From Bugula neritina (taxonomy: Eukaryota; Animalia; Bryozoa), in contig OZ037766.1 of the NCBI GenBank assembly GCA_964035545.1, positions 28,875,673 through 28,939,672 of the forward strand: 64,000 nt of DNA, given 5' to 3'. The notes under the pieces were generated by a model. It did not search any database and was not told the origin of the DNA. It worked only from the letters and a program-made list of their open reading frames with translations. How positions within the stretch are numbered: position 1 is the stretch's first letter; each line of letters starts with the position of its first letter. The translations under genes and the position numbers were made by a program. Of the stretch, positions 46,531-62,718 are shown one piece after another.

Positions 46531-47390
46531 GACTGGTTATACTCAATTTGAATTTCAAATTTGCACAAATTGAATTTGTGCAAAATGAAAATGAAATTGA
46601 AATTCAATTTTTAATAGTAAATATTAATATATTAGTATTAGTATTAAACTTACAGTTATACGATTACTATATAATATTATAATTATTAATTTTGAAGTAA
46701 ATCTTATTCTTAATCTTTATTCTAAACTTCAACTCTAAGTTCTGGTTCATTAGTTTTACTTTTAGTTATACTTATACAGTTATAGTTATAGTCACTAGTG
46801 AGTAACAATAACACTCACACTGACACTCAATCACTATTAGATTTAGATTACTATTGGTATTAATATTATTATTACCTACTATTGATATTTATTAATTTAA
46901 CTAATACTAATAGGCTTACTCTTAGTATTACTATAACTATAAGTATAACTACTTACTTAAACTATAAGTATAAGTCATTAAATGTAACTAGTAAGTATAA
47001 CTATAAGACTAAGTATAAATAACTAAAATAGTTTTAGTATAACTATAAGTGTTGCTGTTACTGTTAGACATACGGCTACTGTTAAACACATAGTGAATGC
47101 GTCTGTCAGTGTGGTATTAATAGTCATGATCATAGTGATGGTGTTTGTGTATTAGTATTACTACTAGTACTACTACTGTGGTATTATAGACTGTAATATT
47201 TCTACCAGTAGATGTTACATTTTTGAGATAAATGTCATTTTAGTAATTGTTTAACTGTAAGCATAGTTACAAATTAAACCAACGATCTTCATATAGTTTT
47301 AGTTTACAGTTAGTAGTCCAATAATTATCTGTACCCTATGTATTCAGTTTGTTTATAACTGCAGGCTTGCTGTAGAGTATCCTGAGAAGC

Positions 47391-50670
<3,280 letters not shown>

Positions 50671-53000
50671 ACTAAAACTCCGTCCACCTCGAGTTTTACG
50701 GAACTTGGGCAGATACCGGGACCACCGCTCTTCTCAAAACCACTCTCACTATTTAGGCATATTTGCCATAGTTGTACTTATTCTCATACATTTTATGTGT
50801 GATTTTAATTGAGTTTTATTGTATCAACTTAAAATGGATCTGGCATTTATAGAAAAACTGATATCTATAAAAAATTCCGCTAAGCTAAACTTGTACCAAT
50901 TAGTAACCGTTAGCTCATCATGTATTGCTAGAATTCTAAGCTAAAACATGATTGGCTGATGCCTCTCAGCCTTCTTGACTTGATACATTTTCGCTGCAAC
51001 CTTCAAACTGCAGTTGGTAGTTGTCCTTGTAAACATGTATTCTAGTATAACCTCTGTCGTTTATGCTTAACAGTAATTCTATTGATCTATAGTAAAATTC
51101 CTTGTATTGAGAATGATGAAGTATTCCAATGTTTTAACACATTCTCAATTCATCATATTTCAGTATTGAGTCTTTTTTGGGATAGGCAATTTTATGTATT
51201 ATTAGTAATTGTTTAAATTAACATTTTAAGTAAATGAAGAATCACCTTTTAGGTAAAATGCTACATTTTTGGTAGCATAATTTAGTTATCTTGAGTAAAA
51301 CTGTACAAGTCACCTTCATTGTGGTATGCTGTGCCACAGCATTACACTATATTCATTTCTAGTCTTAGTTAGTTGGAGCTACTGTAGTTAGGGGCTGTTG
51401 AATCTAGATGTAAGTTAAGTAGCTAGGCAGTTGCTTATTTCTCTTTTCAATAGTAACGGACCTGGCGTTCTATTATTTTCCTGAAAGCTGTAAGACATTT
51501 ATCCTGTGTGCCGTATATTAACCCTTACTCGACAACCATTATATTATACAACTTTATAAAAAATTAAAAATGAAAAGATTATATCTATGCTGTGCTGTCA
51601 TGCCAATTTGTTCAATAAATATCTATAATGTTTCTCTTCTTGGTATTCTGTCTCACATAGACGTATAATAAAACAACATTTTTTTTCTTGAGGTTATATG
51701 GCAGGATGTAATGTCATTTGCTTTTGGTATTCTGAATACCTAATTGTATATTAAAAGTCACATGCAAATTATGGCACTCTACTTGTATACTCTGACCAGA
51801 CTATGATGTCTTGCCAAATTTTATCAACATCTAAAATACAATTGATTTAATATTCTTAGCAAAAGACATTGGAAAAAAAATAAAAATAAATTGTTCCTTG
51901 GATTTAAAACAATCTTAGCAACCATAACTTTCTGTAAAATTTATTGATGTTCAAACTAAAAGTTTCATTGTATTATATGAAGGCTTTAAATCGAAATGTC
52001 ACTTCAACATTTACTAATTCAACAGGAAAAAATCAGTTTCAAGAGAGCACCATATACCAATATGTGAAATGAGAAGAAGCTTTTTAGTAAAGAAAGACAA
52101 CCTACAGCACGTTGAAGTATTAAGCATTTTAATGATAGATATCATATACTCTATATTTCATAGGTAATACAATCATATAAATTTTTTAATTCAGTAGTAT
52201 AACGTACTTGCTATCTGTCTGCTGCACAAAGTAACCATGTGTGCAAACATAACTTTTTGTAACATAAGTTGCTTCCCGTAATTATATGCAATTATATATA
52301 GGTCTATAAAAAAATAATAACAAACACATCTAGCAATGTTAACATCTGCTTGGTGTATGAATATTTCATCTGTATACTATAATAAGCAGAAAGTGCATGT
52401 GCATGGGAAGAAATAAAATTTATTCTTATAGGGTAGGTAATAAAATATTATAGCTGAGGTAGGTAGCTTGACTTTAATTTTAACAGATAGAGTATAGATT
52501 CTAATATATAAACATAACTTTATTCTAGATTTTTTATTGCAACCTCTATAATTTTATGTGTTCACTGCAATTCTGTAGCTAAATTGGTGTTGAGATTGTA
52601 TATAATTATATGGATTTGCAATTATCAGTCTGTTCACTAGTTTATCACCAGCATATATAGTATTTTTCTGCAAACTATTCTCTACTAATGTAACTGCTAT
52701 AGTCACAATTACTGCCTATAATGTATCAAGATTTTGATATAAATTAGATGAATTTATTTCTCAAGAACTTGAAGCATTTGCACAAATATTGTCCCATGAA
52801 GCCACTGAACTAGAAATATTAACTTTTCCACTTCATTGCATGAAGCCATGCCTATAATAATATTATAATCTCCATTTTTGAATAATAGTTTTACACCATA
52901 GTTGTTTTCTCCTGTATTATTAAAGAAACAACTCCTTATTGCTAGTCTCGGTATATCGCATACTATATTAGAAGATGAGGTAAAGTCACATGATAACATC

Positions 53001-56000
53001 ATGGCGAATGCTGGGGAAGTCCACACAAATTTTCACAAAAATATTCATAGAAAACCAGAATTAGTAAATAAATTAGAAGGCCATGATGCCAATGTAAATG
53101 GTGCAGCTTTAATACCTGGAGAAGATGGAGTCATAAGTACAAGTAACGATAGGTAATGGTGGTGTAAAAATATTTTCTCGTCATTCTAATTCTATTACTA
53201 TAGGTATAGTATAACTATAAGTATTACTATTAGTATTAGATTTAGTATTATAATTAGTATTATTACTATTACTATTACTATTACTATTACTATTAGACTT
53301 AGAGTTAGTATTAGTATTACACTTACAGTAATAGTAAATGTAATGCTAATACTATTAGTCTATTACTATAGTATTACTATTAGTATTAGTCTATTAGTAT
53401 TACTATTAGTATTACTATTAGTATTACTATTACTATTACTATTAGTAATACTAATAGTAATAGTAAGATTAGATCTAGGAGTAGGTGTGTTAGTATTACT
53501 AAAAGTAATAGACATACTCATACTCATAGTAATAGTTGATAGTTAAGTTATACTTATAGTAATATGTATACAGTAATGAGTAATATACTTATACTTATAG
53601 TATTAGTTGTAGTCGTAATACTAATACTAATTTAGTCATTTACTCAATCTAACATTATTACTATTACTATTACTATTAGTATTAGTATTACTATTACTAT
53701 TACTATTAGTATTAGCATCACTGGAAATATTAATAATAATAATTATAATTATTGTGATATCAATATGTTATTGTTACTATTAGTATTAGTACTAGTAGTA
53801 GTAGGCTACTACTATAACTATCTTTCTATAGTCTATACACTTGCATTTTTATCCTACAGTGCCAGTACTAGTATGCACTATCACTATGATAATGATTTTC
53901 ATAATGATGGCCATAATAATAATAATAAGAAGAGATTTACCATAATAATGATTATCAATTACAACTATCAAGCAGCCATTATGAGTCATAACTAATTACC
54001 ACATTGGCATTTATTTTTCAATATATTTATTATTCATAGTAATAGTATTGTGAATAAATTATTTGTATAACTTGGTCATTGTGATTATCATTAATTCTAG
54101 TGAGTAATGACTGATATTACCATTAGTACTGTGATTCAGATTGTGACTAACAACATTACAATCATGGATCATTTTCAGAATGACAGTATGAGATTACGCT
54201 AAGTCTGATGGCCACAGTGAAATTTATAGTTATATTGATATTCATAATTACCATAATACTTACTAGTCTTTGTGTTTATGATAATCACTTTATAATTGTT
54301 ATGATAAATATTATAATCTTTTTAAATACGAATATTAATTACTAAAACTTTGTTTTACTTTTGTCACTATCAGCAAGCTGAGCAGTTTATTAATGTTACT
54401 GCGATATTTTTTTAATCCAGTATGATGATACCAAACTATTGAGTTGCAGCATAGATATTTACCAACAGTATAAAAAAATGTAACATAGATAGGAATAAGA
54501 GCCATTGTTTCCTGTTACAAGAATGATATGCAGCCAGCATAATTTAGTTAGTAATTAGATAGATATGTTTTGGCAACTATTTAGATATAATACTACTAAC
54601 CATAGACTACTTCAACCGCTTGTTTGGCAATGCTGATGGTGCATTACGTATTGTATTATCTAATCACAAGAACTGAATTATTTTACATAATAAATTTAAC
54701 TATATGCCTTATTTCATACACTATATTGCCAGTATCCGATTTAAAGCTAAGTTTATGGAGTTCTATCACTATGCTGTAATTAAACTACATATATACCTAA
54801 TTAGTGTGTTGTTGGTATCTGATCTAAAACTAAGTTAATAGATCTCTCTCCTTCCACTGTAGAACTTTACGAGTTTGGTTGAAAAGAGATTCCGGTCAGT
54901 ATTGGCCCAGTGTCTGCCACCAGTTACCTGGTAAGTGATTCAATATGGACGCAAACACCTGTGCTCTGATTTATTTGCTGACTGACTAAGTAGTTGGAAA
55001 TTTATGTAAAATATGTAACTCAAATTAGCTCGCCTCATGATGACTTGTTCACTTTACGCTGACTTTCTTACATTGTACTGATTCTTTACCTTGTGCTGAT
55101 GTCTAAACTATAAACAGTTGCACGTATCTCATTACCAGTTTGATTTTAACTTCTGTAATAAACACTGTTATGGCATATAATCCCTGCTAAGATTTTCATT
55201 ATCTTACTGTGAAACTGTAGTGGTGATAAGTTACTCTGAAATACAACTCAGGATCATCTTGTTTTCGTATAATTTGATCAAATTTAGTTCCTGGTTCAAG
55301 TGAGAACATGGACTTAGATCTTTATTTGGATAATTGATGCTGAAAATGAAAACTAATTGTTAAAGGAAAATTGTAATTTTGATTTTTACAGTATTAGTTT
55401 ATTGATAACATAAAATCTTGTTCAATGAGTTATAGTTGTGTTTAAAAATTATTTCGTTTGCATTATTGTGTTTTAGTAGATTTTTAGAATGATTTTGTTT
55501 TTATGTAATGCTTTTATATTGATATATAATTAATTTATTGAACAGCGGATGGCTCCAGTCTACACTATAGTGCTATGACAAGACGAGTGTTTGTCGGCTT
55601 ATCAGATGGGAAAATAATGGTAAGAATATTCACAAAGATAATGATTGTTATGTATAGACTAAGTCAGTCTTATGCTGACATAGAGTAGGATGTGACTCAT
55701 CTCTGACTCAGAAGCTGGTGAAGATGTTACAGAATATTTTACTGGTAGTACCCAGCTATTGGCACTTTGTTATCTTTTCTTACACAGTTACTAAATATCT
55801 ATAAAGTGATGAAAAGCTGTATTTCTGTACTCACTAATCTCTTTTGTCTAAACTAAATGCTCATTGGATGAAGCATAGTTTTGGGGACCCTTCTATAAAA
55901 ACACATTATCTCAAAATTTGTAAAACCGAAGTATAACTGAATTTTTTTAAATGATTACGCTTATTGCATAGGCTATAGTTCTAAAATCCGCATGAGTATA

Positions 56001-59000
56001 GAAGGAAATGGTTTGCAAGTAAAAGTGAGGTAAAGGTATTGTGTAATATGATTTATAATCAGAAATAGGTCGTCCACACCAACTAGCTCTCTCAATTTAG
56101 TTAATAATAGATGGCAATCTACATTATCATTTATAGCAGTTGTTTATAATATGAAGGAGAGCAACTAATATTACTGATCAATGTCTAGCCTCCGTGAAGT
56201 ATTTCATAATTGAAGTATAAGTTGATGATACTGGCCTTCATCCAATGTTTTGACAATATAAATTCAACTGAAAGAAACTCAGCAATTTTGTTAATTTTTA
56301 CAAGTCAAAACAATATAGTAGTAGTAGTAGCAGATGGGGTAGCAGTAGTGGCTGTAAGCTATTATATATAAAGGAGAGAATCCTTTGTCATTAGGCTGAA
56401 ACTATAAATTTATTGTAAACTGTGTTAATTTTGTGAATTACTAGAGCACAAAGGCTGTATAACTCTAGATATTGCAGCAGTCTAAGTCACACAAGTAGAT
56501 CTAAAGTCTATCATTAGATATAAGTGTTTGAATTTTCTTGTAAAGTTGGGTCGGTGCAATATGCCTAGTAGTGCTACTTTATTCTTGTTGACATAAAGTA
56601 GCTACACTACGCTCGATATATCACACTATATTAGGTATATTACACTATACCTACTAGATATATCACACTATATTAGATATATCACACTGTACTAGATATA
56701 TTACACTATATTAGATATATTACACTATATTAGATATATTACACTATACCTACTAGATATATTACACTATACCTACTAGATATATTACACTATACCTACT
56801 AGATATATCACACTATATTAGATATATCACACTGTACTAGATATATTACACTATATTAGATATATTACACTATACCAGATATTTTACACTATATTAGATA
56901 TATCACACTATATTAGATATATTACACTATACCTACTAGATATATTACACTATACCTACTAGATATATTACACTATACCTACTAGATATATTACACTATA
57001 TTAGATATATTACAGAATAGGGTGTCACTTAGTTGCCTCACAGCAGAATATTATTATGTTAATTATACTTATTATACTGATTTTACACTTCCTCCTTTAC
57101 TGTAGTGAGTTGTATTCAGTGCACAATGCTCTCTGCCCTGTTTATTTCCAGTGATTTTATGAGTTAAAAGTTTCACTATAAGATGGAGAAATAAAAATGA
57201 ATTATGCAAATTAAATGTTTTATATTGTAATATTGGGTGGTTTTGTTGTGAGGAGAATTAATAGACGGCATTTGTTGCTTCAATCTGACAAAATCAATTA
57301 ATCTCAATATACTTAATCTCTTTGCATTTTCTTGCTATATGCTAGCAGTGACGTTTTCACCACCTGGAAAGATTTTATAGATAATTAACCAGTGTGTGTT
57401 ATGTGATTTAATTGTATATAATTTCTCATTCACAAAATTAAACACAGCACATTTGGCTGTATATTTCAAGGTACTTTCATAACAAATATTCTTACTATAA
57501 TGCAGTTTCTTTTCATTTCAGGATTTTGAATTGACAGAAGATTTCAATCAGGCTCAACACAGAAAAACTTATATAGGTCAGTTGTTACCAAATATAGGTC
57601 AGTTGTTGTCAAATATAGGTCAGTTGTTGTCAAATATAGGTCAGTTGTTATCAAATATAGGTCAGTTGTTGTCAAATATAGGTCAGTTGTTGTCAAATTT
57701 ATGCCAGTTGTTATCAAATATAGGTCAGTTGTCAAATATAGGTCAGTTGTTATCAAGTATAGGTCAGTTGTCAAATATAGGTCAGTTGTTTTCAAATATA
57801 GGTCAGTTGTTGTCAAATATAGGTCAGTTGTCGTCATATATAAGTTAATATTCACTAAAATATGATCGGCACTTTTTATATTGCCCTTATGGCAATTTGT
57901 TTGTTGTTAGAGCACAAGACAAATTACAGTGCAAGGCATGTAACATATTAAGAAATCAATATAAAGCTAAATGTTTGTTGCATTATTGCTTGTTAGAAAT
58001 TATACACTGAGTCAAGCATCACTAGCTTAATCAATTTTTGTTTAAGAAAGCTTGAAATTCGTTCAGACTGAGTCTATTTGTCACTGTTGAAGATGATTCT
58101 GTCCTATCTTGTCTTTCTCTGATTTTATCCTTGTGAGTTTATGAGTGATCGCTAACTGATATGAACATTTGCATATTATTTAAAAAGTTGTCTTCTCTTA
58201 ATATTTTCAGCTCACTCAGACCGCGTGACAGCCACTGAATTCAGTCTGACGTGTGAATGGGTACTGAGCACATCAATAGACAAGTATCTACAGTGGCACT
58301 GTTCAGAGAGCGGGCGTCGGCTAGGGGCCTACAAACTTGACGCACAGTGTCTCTGTCTAGCGTATCCTTTACTAAGTATTTAGTCTTTGAAACTCAGCAG
58401 GTTACTGTTCTAATCTTACTCAATATCTGAGTCAAACTAGTTGCTGTTGTCAGCGTTGTTTACACTATACTTATATCGCTGGGATACAAGGGGTATCATA
58501 CTAGGGTATAGCTACTAATGTACGGATGTATAGGGGGTGAACCATTATATTACTATATTTAAATATAGTTCAAGCTTGTTCTGTTTACTAGTAGTAAGTT
58601 AGTCATCTGTTTATTTATTAGAGCTTGAATATTTTCAGAGAGATTGCCATAAAACACTTCATTGCCAAATATACGTACTTCAGTAGAAAATGGTCACTTG
58701 AAATGAAAACTGGAGTGAATTTGCAAGCTTAAATTTCTACTGCTTTTAGCAACTACAATTTTATTTTATATTGCAAACTACTATGCCCAGTTCTGCACAG
58801 GACTGTATGTTGCTCGGGGTTATGTTTACAGTTTGAACCCTTTACGTTTTTTCTATATATATGCAGTGTGTCATTCCAACAGAGCTTTATTAACTGATGG
58901 AATCTCAAGATTTAGTTATGTTTCATCAAAGAAACTATTTTTTATTTATTCCGATATGGTTTAAACTATTTACTATGTTGAGTCGTAAAACAAGTTTTGC

Positions 59001-62000
59001 ATTTCTACAAGAAACTTTGTTAAACTGTAGAGGCGTGTCTATTCAACTGTAGAGGCGTGTCTATCTAGCTGTAGAGGTGTGTCTATTGATTGTTATCCTT
59101 GACCTTGAGTAGATTTGATGAGTCAGCTAAAACGGTATTCGTTGGAGATTATTCCGGAACAATAACAGTTCTGAAACTAGAAGATACGGAATGTAAGTTC
59201 GTGTCAACATTAAAGGGTCACACAGGTGAATGTTTACCGACTTCATATATTTATTCTGTGCCTAGTTCATCCTTATGGCAGCGTCCAATTGACTTTTGGC
59301 TTTTAGCATAATGCAACAAATAAAGTAGCTGCTGTTTTCCTTTAATCAAATTTAAACTGGTCACCATATCATGTTTCAATAATGTTTTGCTATACCCATG
59401 ATGCAGTTATTAGGCTCTGTATTATTATTATTAATGGGAAGATAACTCACATGCATCATGCATTTTTTTTAAGTTATTCTCTCTTGTTGGCGCATCAGAT
59501 TCACTTGCATTTCTTCACTGTAGTTTAGTTATGTGCAAGTAAAACACCCTTTATTTTATTAGTTCAGTAGAGTTTTTCAGAAAATGATGTGTTTGTTTGG
59601 CCAATTGATATCTTAGAGCTCATTTTATTGAACATCAAACTCTTCTTTCATAGTGTTTGTAGAGCATTGCTAGAATATTTATATTATAGATAAGAAAAGG
59701 AAAATCTTTTTTTATGATGTAATGTGTTGGATTTATGATACATTTACACTGTGTATAGTATACACTCATGTTATACTTTTATAGTATGAGTCATGTATAT
59801 AGTATACATTCCTGTTATGCTTTTATATTATAAGTACTATAATTGCAATGTATTTAAGTTTTAAGTTTTTGTTCTTGTGACATCATTGTGTATACTTTTC
59901 AGGCAGTGTACATGCATTGTCATGGGATGTGTTGGATGCCAGACTATTCTCTGGTAGTTTTGATGAAAGTATTATATGTTGGGATATTGGAGGACAGAAA
60001 GGAACTGCGTATGATCTCAATGGACATAAGTGAGTCATAGCTGTCACTAGATATGTCACAGCTGTCACTAGCCATGTCATAGCTGTCACTAGATGTAACA
60101 TAGCTGTCACTAGATATGTCATAGCTGTCACTAGATATGTCATAGCTGTCACTAGATATGTCATAGCTGTCACTAGATGTAACATAGCTGTCACTAGCCA
60201 TGTCATAGCTGTCACTAGATGTGTCATAGCTGTCACTAGCAGGTCATATGACTCACTAGAATGTATCGTAGCCAGGGCTGGGCCAGTTCTTAATTTGAAT
60301 TGAATAGTTAATAACATGGTTTGTGAGATTGTTGGGTTGTGCTGTGCCGATAGTAGTTTAATAGTGGTTGATGTTATTATCTATGTTATGATGCAGCTTG
60401 TAGAGGAGGGAGGATTGCCAAATTGATATTAGTGTAATAACTTTTTAAATTGTTAATTAGAATTATTAATCTAATAGGAATTGTTGGTTTATGTAACATT
60501 CTTATTATTTTATAAATGGTTAAGCACTACCCATGGGCAACAGTGACTAAGTAAATATACTACATGTAACTAATTACTAAGAGTGCATGGTGGTGCCTGT
60601 TACTACCTGTCAGTACATGAGAACACCTGTTGACATATTATGTCAGTGCCTGTGAGTACACTAGAGCACCTGTGAGTATAAGGGCACCTGTTGCTACCTG
60701 AGAGCACCTGTTACTACCTGTGAGTACATGTCAGTGCCTGTGAGAATGTATACGTAACTGACAGTAATTCTCTGAAACAGCAACGAGCTAGTTAATGCTT
60801 GTGGTGAAGTTCATGTCATAATATTCGGTATCTTGTCCTTACACAGGGGCAGGGTACAGGCCTTATGCTACTCTCAAAACACTAAGTCACTCTTCTCTGC
60901 AGCTAACGATTCCAGTCTAATTTTATGGGATATGGAAGCTGACAGGCAGGAGGTAAGCTGTACCTCCCCCTTATTTCTAATATTATTTTTTGAATATGCT
61001 CAGGCTATTTCTGCTTTTGAAAATCCTAAAATACAGTTTTTTGTTTATTTTATAAAACAGTTTGAATCATTATATGTAGAAGGAATGGAGTTGTTTTGGA
61101 GTGCAAATCTTTGATCCACAGTTGGGTTACTTTTATTGTTGTCTACACTGTTTGCTATTTCATGCTTAACATAACAATCAAGATTCTTGCTTTTTCGATT
61201 CTTTTTAGTTACAATAACAGATTTTCCTTTTTCTCAGAAGCATATCACATTTTCAAGTTTCACTTTCTTGTTTCAGACACCAAAGTGGGCGACCAGCGAT
61301 ACCTGCATGAAGTGCGAGAAGCCATTTTTCTGGAACATCAAGCAGATGTGGAACGAGAAAACAATCGGATTCAGGCAGCACCACTGCCGGAAATGTGGCG
61401 ACGCGATATGTGATAACTGTAGTAAGCAGAGCTCTACTTTCCCTCCAATGGGCTACGAGTATCCAGTGCGGATGTGTGACGAGTGTGCTCAGTCTGTCAC
61501 CACTGAGCAGTAAGTAGATTTTCTCTGTTAGAGCAGTCAGTGTTAGTAGAGTAGGAGGTGACGGTTTTATTATGAAATTTCTATAGTACACTACAAAGTA
61601 AATGTAATAGGTGTAGCCATATGATAAACAACAGAATTGTTGGACACTTATTTTTTTCAATAAAAACAAATTGATTTTTGTAATTCGATAATTTTATATT
61701 TCATAGAAACAGAACTATTTATATTTTATTTCTAAGTAAACTATAAAGTGAAGTTTTTATTTTAAAAATTTTATTTTGCACTTTAAAATGAATGTATACA
61801 GTACATAGCATAAAGTGTGTAGCAGATGCTGTAGTTCTTTCAATAGAGACAAAATTATGGTTTAAATTTGTTTTAATAATTCTATCCGGTCTGTTATAAA
61901 AATTAGAGTAAGTATGCTTTCAATGTTATACAGTTCGTTTTAATTATTTGATCATATTTTTCCTATAGAATGTGGAACTGTTTTGCTATAAAGGCTTATG

Positions 62001-62718
62001 TTACATTGCTGATGGTCTTTGCGAGATTTACTTTACAGACTGTTCTCTTTCTAGCACACGTCTTCTCATTTACAGTTCAACTCACTATGAACTCTAACAT
62101 ACTACACCATCATATCAAGACGCATGACATATTTGTGTTGTAGAAAAGTTCCGTTAGCAATGACGTTTGACTCAAAGCATAAAGTCACTTGCGTTGATAT
62201 TGATGAGCGAAAGAAGAAATTACTCACCGTTGGTACTAACCGTATTATAAAGGTAAGTGTTTAGTATAATCTGTGTTCTGTAGGTAGTACCCATCTGTAG
62301 AGAGTAGATACATCTATTATATCTAAACTTTCTAAGAAGTATTGTTATGTGGTTTTTTATTATATTTTACTTTTTTATAACTAGCAAATATAAATAAAGT
62401 TTAAACAATTATTTTATTTGAATCTTTTATTTTCAGTTATGTTTTCATTTATTATTTATTTACTCATAACTAACCAATTTAATTGAAGTTTTAACATCAA
62501 CTTGATTGAATATTTTACTTTTAATTATGCTAGTTAGATGCTATAGAAGCATTTAGTGCCAACTGAATGATTTGTCCTCTTTTTCTGAGACTTCATGCAT
62601 TCATGTCATTCAGTCTTGTGGTATCTTTCCTTTTTTATTTTTGAAAGTGTTTCTGTGCAAACCTTAGCAATGCATTTTACTGTTTTAGATTTGGGATATA
62701 TCTCCAATCTTAGCCTAA
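53001..62718 (+). CDS. WDFY2: WD repeat and FYVE domain-containing protein (WDFY1/WDFY2 co-orthologue), ~405 aa, 11 coding exons
   Basis: Exons 53001-53152, 54863-54930 ([14 protein letters not shown]), 55546-55619, 57522-57576, 58211-58361, 59113-59225, 59903-60029 (WDIGGQKG), 60847-60952, 61277-61509 (FYVE: [27 protein letters not shown]), 62144-62252, 62689-62718 (IWDISPILA*). All phases are consistent. Confidence 0.95.
56613..57013. repeat. Mixed 19/23-bp minisatellite (AGATATATTACACTATATT / ...TATACCTACT) in WDFY intron 3
   Basis: Directly visible. Confidence 0.95.
57571..57835 (+). repeat. 21/18-bp minisatellite (13 units) spanning the WDFY exon 4|intron 4 junction
   Basis: Unit AATATAG|GTCAGTTGTTGTCA; the first unit contains the true exon end at 57576. 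Confidence 0.95.
58362..59112 (+). other. U12-type (minor spliceosome) GT-AG intron in WDFY
   Basis: 5' end GTATCCTTT. Branch site ATCCTTGAC (59095-59103) lies ~10 nt before the AG, with no polypyrimidine tract. Splicing here restores the frame (..CLA|FDES..). Confidence 0.92.
60034..60240. repeat. 21-bp minisatellite (GTCATAGCTGTCACTAGATAT, ~10 copies) starting inside the WDFY intron 7 donor
   Basis: The donor GTGAGT (60030-60035) overlaps the first unit. Confidence 0.95.
60592..60745. repeat. Degenerate CACCTGT/TACCTGT-based repeat in WDFY intron 7
   Basis: Recurrent (g/c/t)acctgt(t/g) motifs. Confidence 0.7.

Noticed and set aside
60831-60846. U12-like branch sequence (GTCCTTACAC) at the end of WDFY intron 7
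   Set aside because: The donor is GTGAGT (U2-type), and the match is just part of a pyrimidine tract.
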